64,000 nt of DNA from a virus: the IMG/VR virus record IMGVR_UViG_3300036939_000021, positions 32,001 through 96,000 of that record. The stretch is one strand, 5' to 3'. The translations under genes and the position numbers were made by a program. Position 1 is the first letter of the stretch. Each line of letters opens with the position of its first letter. The notes under the pieces are model-generated. The model searched no databases and was not told the origin of the DNA. It saw nothing but the letters and a program-made list of their open reading frames with translations. Positions 39,516-49,300 of the stretch are shown here, piece after piece.

Positions 39516-40043
39516 ATGGGTAAACTTTCTACTTTAAAAAGAAAAACTGCTGCAAAATGGGCAGAATCAAAACACGCTAGAAATCGATTAGGACAATTTG
39601 CTAGAAAAAATGCACCTGATTTAATTGTTAATACTGGTGGTACTGTTGGATCAATTATTGGAGGAAAGTTAGGAGGTGCTGTTGGTGCATATGCTGGCGA
39701 TTTAATTGGTGGATTAGTTACAAGACAAGTTGTAAATGTTTCTACTTCAGCTTTAAGTGCTAGACAAAAATTAAAAGCTAATGAAGTCTACCAAAAAGCG
39801 AAACGTTTACAAAAACTTAAGATGCTTGGAGCTGCAACAAAAAGTGAACTTAAAAATCGTACAGAACAATTAGGAGACGATATAACCGGAGATGTTACAG
39901 GATGGGCAATAGGTAATACAGCTGCTAATGTAGTAACAAATACTTTAGGTCGTAGTATTCCTTTAAGTGGTGCTGGTGTAGCAATGGCAACAGTTCCAAA
40001 ACTTGTAAAACTTAGACGAAAGATAGCAAATAGTACAAAATAG
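39516..40043 (+). CDS. putative virion-packaged glycine-zipper protein
   Basis: WAESKHARNRLGQF motif plus GxxxG hydrophobic helices. Confidence 0.55.
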   Translation: MGKLSTLKRKTAAKWAESKHARNRLGQFARKNAPDLIVNTGGTVGSIIGGKLGGAVGAYAGDLIGGLVTRQVVNVSTSALSARQKLKANEVYQKAKRLQKLKMLGAATKSELKNRTEQLGDDITGDVTGWAIGNTAANVVTNTLGRSIPLSGAGVAMATVPKLVKLRRKIANSTK

Positions 40044-40102
40044 AAAACCACTGGAATTATATAGATTATTCCAGTGGTTTTCTATTTTGTACTATTTGCT
40101 AT
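40023..40102. repeat. 35-bp perfect inverted repeat / bidirectional terminator with GGAAT..ATTCC core
   Basis: 40023-40057 is the exact reverse complement of 40068-40102. Confidence 0.85.
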
Positions 40103-40362
40103 TATTGTATTTCGATTTCTAGGTCACGTTCAGAGACATCGCTACCATCACTCTGACGATATTCCATATCATCAAAACCAGATCTTACAGCATCTAGAAT
40201 AAAAGCTTTTGCAATATCTTGTATAGAAGCTTCTGCTGTTAAACCTAAATTTAAAGCTAATTTTTTGAGTTTAGCTTTATTAGCAGGAAGTTCTAACGGA
40301 ACACTAACATCAATTTGACCTGTTACAATAATCTCTAAAGTTTTTTCTGTTTTAGTTGCCAT
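40102..40362 (-). CDS. hypothetical protein (cassette cargo)
   Basis: Promoter module at 40363-40417. Confidence 0.7.
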   Translation of the reverse strand: MATKTEKTLEIIVTGQIDVSVPLELPANKAKLKKLALNLGLTAEASIQDIAKAFILDAVRSGFDDMEYRQSDGSDVSERDLEIEIQ

Positions 40363-40473
40363 TTTTTAGATTTCTTAGCGACTCCTCTATTATGGCTATA
40401 AATTTAATAGATGTCAAGTATTGACAGATGTTAATTTTTGTTATATATTTAAAGAGTCGAGTTAAACAATCTT
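40363..40473. promoter_or_regulatory. back-to-back early promoter modules
   Basis: TGTCAA (40412) and TTGACA (40421), each followed by a -10 and GAGTCG. Confidence 0.82.
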
Positions 40474-40716
40474 ATGCTACATCTCTCAAATATTTCCATA
40501 CATCCAGAATATATTATTTGTATAAAATGGTTAGTGACAAAAAAACATACTGGTGATGATATTCAACCAAGTGTTGCAATATTTTTAGATATTACCGAAA
40601 GTCATGCTTTAGATTCTGTTCTCTACTTTCCTATAGATTCGCCAAATGCTAAGTTATTAAGATATGCCGCTGATACAGGTTTATTAGGAACATCAATCGA
40701 ATCTTTTGATTTATAA
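40474..40716 (+). CDS. hypothetical protein
   Basis: ORF after promoter. Confidence 0.65.
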   Translation: MLHLSNISIHPEYIICIKWLVTKKHTGDDIQPSVAIFLDITESHALDSVLYFPIDSPNAKLLRYAADTGLLGTSIESFDL

Positions 40717-40948
40717 GAAAATGAAAAAAGTACAAGAAGAAGCTGATCAACTTTTAAAAGAGATGGTAAAGGATTTAAACGATCTTTTACCTGAAGGTTC
40801 TAGGTGCATGGAACTTCTCTATCAAGATGTTTTAAAAGAAAATATTTGGGTAGGTCGTTACTACGGATATCATAAAGGAGAAAAAGGACATTTTCAGTTT
40901 TCGGTAAATTTACTTAAAGATTCTATAACAGTGGCTAAAGAAGTATAA
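40706..40948 (+). CDS. hypothetical protein
   Basis: ORF track; likely start MKKVQ. Confidence 0.65.
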   Translation: MIYKKMKKVQEEADQLLKEMVKDLNDLLPEGSRCMELLYQDVLKENIWVGRYYGYHKGEKGHFQFSVNLLKDSITVAKEV

Positions 40949-40979
40949 AAAGCAAAAACATAATCGGATAACAACAGTT

Positions 40980-41025
40980 AAAAAGAAACCTCGGAATAAT
41001 AAAGATTATTCCGAGGTTTCTTTTT
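40980..41025. terminator. hairpin with GGAATAAT-AAAG-ATTATTCC core
   Basis: 21-bp perfect arms with a T tail. Confidence 0.8.
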
Positions 41026-41050
41026 TGCTAAAACTTTTTTATATATGCTC

Positions 41051-41111
41051 TTGACATCTAGTATTTTTATAAGCATAATAGAGGAGTAGCTAAAGAAAAG
41101 GAAAAAATCAA
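41051..41111 (+). promoter_or_regulatory. repeated early promoter module
   Basis: TTGACATCTAGTATTTTTATAAGCATAATAGAGGAGTAGCTAAAG. Confidence 0.85.
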
Positions 41112-41339
41112 ATGAGTCTTCAAGAAGTCGCACAAATAGCTCAAGCTTCTCAGAATATTCAGCTAGTAGTCGATACTATGTCTAATGCTATGGTCTATCA
41201 TCCCGAACTTTACACAAACAGAAAATGCTACACGGATGGCTATTTTGTAATGGATAAGACATCCGGGCGAATTTGGAGCTTTCAAACTCTAGATGAGACT
41301 GTTCGCTTTATTTATGGTTTAACATACTGGACACATTAA
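41112..41339 (+). CDS. hypothetical protein (cassette cargo)
   Basis: Between promoter and hairpin 41357-41406. Confidence 0.72.
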   Translation: MSLQEVAQIAQASQNIQLVVDTMSNAMVYHPELYTNRKCYTDGYFVMDKTSGRIWSFQTLDETVRFIYGLTYWTH

Positions 41340-41356
41340 GCTGACGAAAAGTAAAT

Positions 41357-41406
41357 AAAAAATCAAACACCGGAATAAGTAATATTATTCCGGTGTTTGA
41401 TTTTTT
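41357..41406. terminator. hairpin with CACCGGAATAA/TTATTCCGGTG arms
   Basis: 22-bp perfect arms. Confidence 0.8.
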
Positions 41407-41446
41407 GTTAGTTTAAATAAAATAAAAATTAAATTTAAATATACTA

Positions 41447-41500
41447 TTGACATCTATTAATTTTATAGCTAAAATAGAGAAAAGCTAGAAAATTAGGAAA
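41447..41500 (+). promoter_or_regulatory. repeated early promoter module
   Basis: TTGACATCTATTAATTTTATAGCTAAAATAGAGAAAAGCTAG. Confidence 0.82.
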
Positions 41501-41896
41501 ATGAAAGCAAAATACAAAACTACAGAAATTACTGCTTATCCTTCTGGATATAAAGCTGAAAGAGAATTCAATAAGATTTTTACAGATGCTAATTATCAGA
41601 AAGGATTAGAACTTATAAAAGAGAGGATAGGAGAAATAGAGGAGGATTTGATTAAAGAAGATTACAACTCTATTAAATCTCGCTCTACTAAACGGCTTTA
41701 CCCGCATTATGATAGACCTTTAGCCGGATATTTTTATCTAGCTTTATCTACTTATCGAGATAGCTTTAATAAATTAATTATCATGCAATCACCAGAGACT
41801 TTAGAATGGGATAGCTTTGATAGAGATGAAGTCATATACAAAAATCCTGAAGGAGAGACAAAAGCTTTAGAAATTTTAAATCTGATGCTAGCTTAA
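41501..41896 (+). CDS. hypothetical protein (cassette cargo)
   Basis: Between promoter and hairpin ~41912-41955. Confidence 0.72.
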   Translation: MKAKYKTTEITAYPSGYKAEREFNKIFTDANYQKGLELIKERIGEIEEDLIKEDYNSIKSRSTKRLYPHYDRPLAGYFYLALSTYRDSFNKLIIMQSPETLEWDSFDRDEVIYKNPEGETKALEILNLMLA

Positions 41897-41955
41897 AGAT
41901 TGAGAAAAACAAAAAGAATCTCCTAAATAATGTATTATTTAGGAGATTCTTTTTG

Positions 41956-44900
41956 TTAAAAATAGCATATGTCTTTGATATATGTACAGCAATCTGATAT
42001 CCTTAAATTATTGACATTTGTTTTTAGAAGTGCTATACTTTCTACTGCTTCCAAATGCCAGAAACCAAAGTATTCAAATAGTTGCATACTATTAAAATTG
42101 AATATTGGTTGACCTCTACTGAAAGATCCTTCCATCAAACCTGAAGTAACAAAATTGCATTTAAGAAAATCGTAAGAAGCTTTTATTCCTCTTAAAGTTA
42201 CAGATGAATTTCTACCAGAGATATCAGCTATATTTGCATAAATAAACATTCTAAGAGCTATTGCAGCAAAATGAATAGTTCGATAATTACTTACTGGATC
42301 AATTTCAGCATAAAAGTCTGTTGGAGGTTGAAACTTTTTATTTCTTAAATAGTAACTACTTAACCAATTAATAAAGCCCATACTAATTTTTTTAGCTTGT
42401 GCTTTTAATTTTTCAAAATCAGTAGGTAGCGGAATATTAGTAGGAAATTCACCGATAGCCATTCTGTACCAAGCATGAGCTACACTTTCAGCTGGTCTAA
42501 TTTGATAACCTTCCCAATTTGTATTAGGGTCAACACCCTGAAAAGAGAAAAAGTCATATTGACCTTTTTCAAGTTGAAGTGAGTCCCAATACCCCCAGAC
42601 GTAGGTAGGAGCAAAAACACCATAAGTTTTATTTTTATTTTGTTGTCGATAAGCTTCTTGTGCGTCTTCTAAAAATTGTAAAACTTGTCGAAGTCGATCC
42701 CAATAACCCATTTTGACGTACCAACCCGGATATTGATAACCTGTTGCTGGCGCGCCTCTCCAACCTTCTACAGTTTGTCGAGTACCACTACCATCATCAA
42801 AAACATTTACAGTAAACGGAACAACACCGGGATTATAAGGAAGAATATCGCTAGGACTTCCTATAGGTTTAAAATCTCCTATCCATAGAGTATGAGCAAC
42901 TTTAAGACGGCTAACTATGACAGCTTTATAACTTTTAAGTGTTCCAAGTAATCTATAAGGTTCTTGACCTACCCAAAATATCCAAACTTGGCTAGCTGTT
43001 GGGCTAGCTACAAATTCAAAATTTGTAATAATATTTCCGCTGGGTGTTTTATTATCAAAATCTTTAAATTCGTTAGATTGAAAACTAGATTTTACCCAAT
43101 CAGTAGTCTGAATTGTTTTTCGATATTCTTTACCTGCAATCGTAAGTTTTATTATTGCAGTACCCTGTACTTTGTATTCCATCGTAAAAGGTAACGTTGG
43201 CAATCTTCCTAATAAATCTGGTGCAATACCTTTTGTTACTAAACCAGCACCAGCAAAATTACCATTAGCTGATAAGGTTATCTTAAAAACTTCATTTCTT
43301 ATTCCGTTTATTTCTGGATACTCCTTTACAATATTTGCTACACCATCATCACCTTTATAGGTGTAAATAGGATTATCAGCGATCCTAGTATGCCAGACAG
43401 TTTGTGCCTCATCCCATAAAATAAATTCATTTTTATTAAAATTTGCAATAGTTGTTACATTAGCAACTACAGGTAAATATCTTTTATAATATTGTGAAAA
43501 ATCAAAAGGATTGGGTTTAAGACTAATAATTAATTCTAATTCTGTTGTAATACTACAAGCTACTTCTACATATACTGTAGTATCGTCATCAAGTGTCGCA
43601 GTAACAGCATAGTTAGAAAATTCAATACTTGGATATTGAGCGGTAGAAGTTGGTATAACAACTTGTAAAAAATCTTTTTTATCTCCAGATATTACTCTGG
43701 AATTATTAACAATTCGATCATTTTTTGGAACTATTACAATTTGAGAACCCGGATAAGCAAAAGGATTTAATACATCATCTTTTTTATACCAATGTGTTAA
43801 ATTTATGACTTCTGCTGAGATTGCCTCTGTATATTTATTACAGTTATAGGCTACTGCCCAAATAGGATTAGTAGGCTCTATTTGAGTCATACTCTCATAA
43901 GCATCAGATGCCCAGGGGAAAACATCAATAGCACCAAGAGCTTCTATAGGTCTTAAAAGTCTCCACATCGGATAAGCTTCAAAACCTGTATTAGCGGGTA
44001 CTACAGCACCAACATATGCAGCATAAACAACTTTAGCAGTACCAGTATAATTAGTTTTTAATTTTATTATTCCAGGGTTTTCGTTTGTTTGTGTAGGTGC
44101 TTTTCCTCCAGGTTGTGAAGATTCTGGATAATATCGAACTATTACACCTTCTAATAAAATATTGCTAGTCCAATATTCGATATCCCACCAAAATCCTCCT
44201 AGCGGTTCAGCATAAACATTTTGCCAAAGTAATTGATCTGTTTCTGGATAAACTCGATAGACATCACTAAGCAATTCTCCAAAATTAGGAGAACCATTAG
44301 GAATAGTAGTAATCCCATTATTAAAATTTAGTATTAAATCAAAAAAGCCATAGTTTAAAGGATCGCTTGAAACTTTACCTTTAGTAACAAAAGATTCTGT
44401 TGTTATCAACCAATGAGGTACTCTAATACCTTTGTCGGGTGTCCAATTGGATTCTATTTTTAATGGATAAAAATAATTTAATAACGCATTACCACAAGCA
44501 ATTGCTAAATTTTTATATCGGACATCTCCCGTAACTTGGAAAGCATAAGCACAAGCTCTAGTAATAACAGCTTGTGCCTCTGTAGGAGCGCCAGAACTAG
44601 GAAAATATCCACCACGACCTAAAACCTTGTGGAAACTATTTCTAAGTACATATTGAGCATTAAGAATATATGGATAATCAGCTTTTTGCCATCTTAACAA
44701 CCAACTAATAGCACCATTTAAATGCAAATCTAAATTTGTATCATTAACCGATTCTTGTAATTTTGCTAGAGTTTCTTCTTTAGTTTTTGTTATATCGTAA
44801 TCCTCAGCAGCTTGTTTAAGAGCTGATTTTCTAAAAGGTTGATAGCTTCTTTTAAAACTTAAATCTATTTGCCAAAAATAGGGAGCAATGTAAGTATTAC

Positions 44901-45558
44901 TCCAAGCCATACAAGTGTATATATTATTACGAAATCTAAACGGGCGTGATGCCAAATCACGCATAAAATTGTTAGTAAGCTGTCTCTCTGACTCCGAGAC
45001 AGTTTTTGACAAAGACCAAGTATCAACACTGGAATTATAACCATATCTTGTTCTTGTTTCTATTCCACCATTTTTACGAGTTGTAAGAGTTTTTATATTA
45101 AAACTTCTATTAGAATTATATGTAATTTCAAAAGGAAAATTAGGATAATCTTCTAATAAATCAATATCTTTAATAGAACATTCATCAATATACCAATGAT
45201 TCCACTTAGAAAATGTAAATTGTACTTTCCATAATCCAGATGCAATCTGATTAATATTCCATTTATCAGCTATATATTCTCCTAAATTATCGATGCCCAA
45301 TTCCCAATTGTATGTTGTTTCTCCTACAGGTTTAGGTTTACGTAATCGCCATTCTAAAGGATTAATACCCTGATAGTTTTGAATAATATCTACAGAACTT
45401 AGATCGGTTACGGTTCCTGATAAATTCCAAGATTCCTCTATAATTTTTCCTGTTGGTATTCCAAGAATTTCAAAACAATCACCAAGTTCTTTATTATTAG
45501 AAAAGATACTATAATTTACCGATACTCCATATTCAGGGTTAAATTGAAATTCTGGCAT
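41956..45558 (-). CDS. large tail protein: two gpM-like domains plus putative (alpha/alpha)6 glycosidase-like region
   Basis: N-terminal ~240 aa parallel 33683 and 32923; PTEAQAV...AFQVTGD.RY resembles the GH8 SEGQ motif. Confidence 0.65.
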   Translation of the reverse strand: MPEFQFNPEYGVSVNYSIFSNNKELGDCFEILGIPTGKIIEESWNLSGTVTDLSSVDIIQNYQGINPLEWRLRKPKPVGETTYNWELGIDNLGEYIADKWNINQIASGLWKVQFTFSKWNHWYIDECSIKDIDLLEDYPNFPFEITYNSNRSFNIKTLTTRKNGGIETRTRYGYNSSVDTWSLSKTVSESERQLTNNFMRDLASRPFRFRNNIYTCMAWSNTYIAPYFWQIDLSFKRSYQPFRKSALKQAAEDYDITKTKEETLAKLQESVNDTNLDLHLNGAISWLLRWQKADYPYILNAQYVLRNSFHKVLGRGGYFPSSGAPTEAQAVITRACAYAFQVTGDVRYKNLAIACGNALLNYFYPLKIESNWTPDKGIRVPHWLITTESFVTKGKVSSDPLNYGFFDLILNFNNGITTIPNGSPNFGELLSDVYRVYPETDQLLWQNVYAEPLGGFWWDIEYWTSNILLEGVIVRYYPESSQPGGKAPTQTNENPGIIKLKTNYTGTAKVVYAAYVGAVVPANTGFEAYPMWRLLRPIEALGAIDVFPWASDAYESMTQIEPTNPIWAVAYNCNKYTEAISAEVINLTHWYKKDDVLNPFAYPGSQIVIVPKNDRIVNNSRVISGDKKDFLQVVIPTSTAQYPSIEFSNYAVTATLDDDTTVYVEVACSITTELELIISLKPNPFDFSQYYKRYLPVVANVTTIANFNKNEFILWDEAQTVWHTRIADNPIYTYKGDDGVANIVKEYPEINGIRNEVFKITLSANGNFAGAGLVTKGIAPDLLGRLPTLPFTMEYKVQGTAIIKLTIAGKEYRKTIQTTDWVKSSFQSNEFKDFDNKTPSGNIITNFEFVASPTASQVWIFWVGQEPYRLLGTLKSYKAVIVSRLKVAHTLWIGDFKPIGSPSDILPYNPGVVPFTVNVFDDGSGTRQTVEGWRGAPATGYQYPGWYVKMGYWDRLRQVLQFLEDAQEAYRQQNKNKTYGVFAPTYVWGYWDSLQLEKGQYDFFSFQGVDPNTNWEGYQIRPAESVAHAWYRMAIGEFPTNIPLPTDFEKLKAQAKKISMGFINWLSSYYLRNKKFQPPTDFYAEIDPVSNYRTIHFAAIALRMFIYANIADISGRNSSVTLRGIKASYDFLKCNFVTSGLMEGSFSRGQPIFNFNSMQLFEYFGFWHLEAVESIALLKTNVNNLRISDCCTYIKDICYF

Positions 45559-45625
45559 ATTTTATAATAAAAAAATACTAGCTCCCTAAAGCTAGTATAG
45601 AAGTGTTACCACATATTAGAACATT

Positions 45626-45838
45626 TTATCTTTTTATTGGCAAATTACAACAGGGTGTTACTAATAAAAAACAAGATTCTCTATAATATCCATAAACTCT
45701 AAGAGAAGCATACCCAACACCACTAAGAGAGCCTAGGGGTTTATAAGAAACCTGATTAGGTATTTCAGCATCATTTATTACAGCATAGCAATCTGTTTTT
45801 TCTAAATCTATAATTCGTTTGTGTTCTGTTGTGTGCAT
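45626..45838 (-). CDS. hypothetical protein
   Basis: ORF track. Confidence 0.4.
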   Translation of the reverse strand: MHTTEHKRIIDLEKTDCYAVINDAEIPNQVSYKPLGSLSGVGYASLRVYGYYRESCFLLVTPCCNLPIKR

Positions 45839-46233
45839 AATTCCAGTGTTTGATTTTTCGTAAATCGATTTCCTGAGTATTCTAATTTATTAACTTTTTC
45901 TATAAAATTTTTAAGAGGTCGTACCCAAGCTAAAGACTCTCTATTAGTTTGAGCAGCTGGATATAAAATCCAATGATTTTTTTCTTCAATCTGAACTAAA
46001 TATAAATCTTCTGTTTCGCTATCTCTAGCAATAAAGTTACCGTAAATTGATATCTCTTTAAATGTGTTAAACCAGTTATCTGTATATATTACAGGAAATT
46101 TTTTAGTAAGTTCTATATAAAAGAAATTTGCAGAGTAACTTCCAATACCAATTATCCAGTAATTTGTACCTTTAAAATGTTTCCAGTTTTCCCCGGATTT
46201 TGGAATTTCACGATCAAACATAAAAGCTATCAT
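45808..46233 (-). CDS. DUF1653-like protein
   Basis: WKHFKG..Y...ARDSETE...WVRPL.NF...RF. Confidence 0.7.
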   Translation of the reverse strand: MIAFMFDREIPKSGENWKHFKGTNYWIIGIGSYSANFFYIELTKKFPVIYTDNWFNTFKEISIYGNFIARDSETEDLYLVQIEEKNHWILYPAAQTNRESLAWVRPLKNFIEKVNKLEYSGNRFTKNQTLELCTQQNTNEL

Positions 46234-46283
46234 ATATTATTTTTATTATTATAACAGATAAGAAACACTGGAATAATACATTA

Positions 46284-46296
46284 GTGGAATATTGTA
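46284..46296 (+). promoter_or_regulatory. putative late promoter GTGGAATATTGTA
   Basis: 28 nt upstream of the tape measure ATG. Confidence 0.7.
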
Positions 46297-46324
46297 TTTA
46301 TATATTTTAATTTTTTATTGTTAA

Positions 46325-49300
46325 ATGTCTACATCTCTTGGACGGTTAACACTAGATTTAGCCGCAGATCCGACACAACTTAATAATGATTTAAATGCTG
46401 TTAAAGCTCATGCTCAACAGATAGCAAAAGATATAGAAAATAGTTTAAGACAAGCTTTTCAAACAGCAGGATCAGCAGCAACTAATGCAGCAAACCAAGC
46501 TAACCGAAATAATAATACGGGTACGAGTAATAATTTTTTTTCTGGTTTAAATAATAGTTTAACAAGTTTTACTACAAATATTAGAACTACTTTTGCATCT
46601 TTACGTACTTTAAATTTTACTAATATTTTTAGAGGCTTAAAAACTTCATTTCAAAATATACCACAAATAGCCCAAAATGCTATTAGAAATTTACCAAGAA
46701 TATTAAAAGCGGGTGTAGCAACTTTACCTATTGTTTTAGCTGCTGTCGGAATAGAGGCAGGAAAACGTTTAGGTCAAGGAGTATTAAGTGCAACAAGAAC
46801 AGGATTAAGCGGTTTAGGACGTTTAGCACAAAAAGCAGGAAGTACAGTAGCTAGTAGTTTTAATGCAGGTTTGGGTGCTATAGCTTTTGGTGCTTTTACA
46901 AGTGCTGGAGTTTCTGCATTTAATACCGTTACAGGTGTTATAGGAGGTGCAATTAATCAAGTTAAAGGATTTGGAGGAGAGTTATTTAACACTTTAAAAG
47001 AAGTTCAAAAATTTGATGCACGTCTTAAAACTTTTGTAACCGATACAGAAAAACGAGCTGAACTAAATAAACGTTTAAATTCTTTTGCTGCAACCACACC
47101 TTTTGAATTAAAAGATATTCGTGAATCTGCAATAAAAAATCTCAGCACTATGGCTGATCCGTCTAAATTAAATTTAGATAAATATATGGCAGATTTAAAA
47201 GCACTAGGAGATGTTGCAGCAGGTTCTCAACAACCAGTTGGAGAATTAGCGGATAAATTTGCTAAAGCACGTTCAGAAGGAAAAGCACAAAATGAAGATT
47301 TACAAGAATGGGCAGGTAGAGGCATACCCATTTATCAAGAGTTAGGAAAACTCTTAGGAGCTACAGCAGCAGAAGTCAGACAAATGGCTACAGATGGAAA
47401 AGTAGATTTTGAAATGCTTTCTGCTGCTGTTAGTTCAATGACTCAAGAAGGAGGAGTATTTTTCAAAAGTATGGAAAATCAAGCTGGAACATTAGAAGGT
47501 AAAATTTCTAATATTTCAGATACTTTCTACCAATTTAAAGAACAATTAGGTAAAGCTTTTGAGCCTCTAGCTAATTTAGGCGTTGATATCTTTGGTGAAA
47601 TAGTCTCAAGCCTTAAAGATTCTAAAGGTGTAATGGAAGATATTACAAAAGAAACTCAAAAACTTGCAGATTATTTTAAAGAAAATCCAGAAATAGCAAA
47701 ATCTTTAAACAAGGCACTACAAGACATTATTCGTGGTGCAATGAAAGGTCTAGTTAATGGTGTTAAAAGTTTTACAGAATTTCTAAAAGATAATCCAGAT
47801 ATTATAAAACAAATTGCAACCGGAATAGCTACAGTATCTAAAACTATTGCACAAGTCGTTGGATATGTTGTAGATTTAGCTTCTACTTTTGGTGGTGCTG
47901 TTGCCGATAATATAGCAAAAAACCAGGATTTAATTACTGGAATAATAAATATAATTCGGGATATTGTTGATAAAGCAATAGAAATTGCTTCAGTTTTTGG
48001 TAACACGATTCTTAATGCTGTAAATGAAAATAATTTTCTCATTGAAGGAATGAGAAATATTGTTACAGCCATTTTAGATTTATGGTATCAACATAAAGAT
48101 ACTTTATTATTAATTGCACAATCTATCGGCTCTCTTGTAGTAACAGCTTTAAAAGTTGTTATAGATTTAGTTTTAGGTATTCTTAATTATCTTAAAGAAC
48201 ATCCAGCAATTATACAAACTATAGTTAAAACAGTACAATTTCTTTCTGCAATATTTGAAGGAATTCTTAAAACTATTGGTTTATTACTTCAGGGTTTAGG
48301 TTGGGTGATAGAGAAAGTTACTCAATGGGTAGCAGCTAATCAACCAATACAAACATTTTTTGATGGTGTTAGTACAGCAGTCACCGGAATAATAACCGGA
48401 ATGGATAATATTATTGCAAAAACTTTTGATTGGTTAAAAAAATTAGAACCTGTTCAAAAAGCTTTAGAGTGGATAGGTAATTTAAGTAATAGTGGTGGTG
48501 ATAATAGTGGTAATGAGAATAATGGAGAAGTTCAAGATATAGGTAATTCCATGAATGGGATGCTTAATACTATGGGAGGGAGTTTTGATCCTTTTGCTGG
48601 TGGTTCTAATTCTTTTGCTGCCAAAGTTGTAGGACATAGCGAAGGGAACAGAACTGCTACAGGCGGTTTTAATGCTAGTTATAAAGGACATAGCGATCCT
48701 GGTAATGCTCAACATAACGTGGGTAGTTTCAGTATGCAAACTGGAACTCATGGAATGAAATCACCCGAACAAGCTGATATATATTGGCAAGGAAAACTAA
48801 AAGGTGTATGGAATCAGTTCGTACAAGCCGCACAAAAAGCAGGATTAGATCCAAACAATCCAACACTTGCAGCAAATTTTTTAGATTTGTATACTCAATC
48901 TCCTGCTGCTGCTGTAGAAGGTATGACATCTTTTATTAATAATCTTGACAAAATTAAAGCAGGTGGAGGAACAGAAGAAGCAATATTAAAAACACGATTA
49001 GCGGCATTTCATAATAGTGCTGGAAGATTAGAAGCATGGACAGATATAGGAGGTTTAACAGCAGATCAAAAAAGAAGAATGTCAGCATTACAAGCAGCGA
49101 TGCCTAATGCCACTAAAGGTATGCAAATGAGTAGTAGTGGAGGATTAGAAAATTTTCCTGAAAAAAATACAGGTAGCAGACGTGGTGGGAAAACTATAGC
49201 TCATCCAAGTGGTGGATTAACTATACATGATTCCGCTGGTGGAACTATCGATAAATATAGTCAGCTAACGGTACATCATCCTAGTAGAGGAACTAGAGGT

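Noticed and set aside
4037-43360. Other nested ORFs (4037, 11267, 12387, 13247, 16736, 18850, 20266, 20836, 37908, 39788, 42685, 42964, 43172)
   Set aside because: They largely or wholly overlap better-supported genes and have low-information translations
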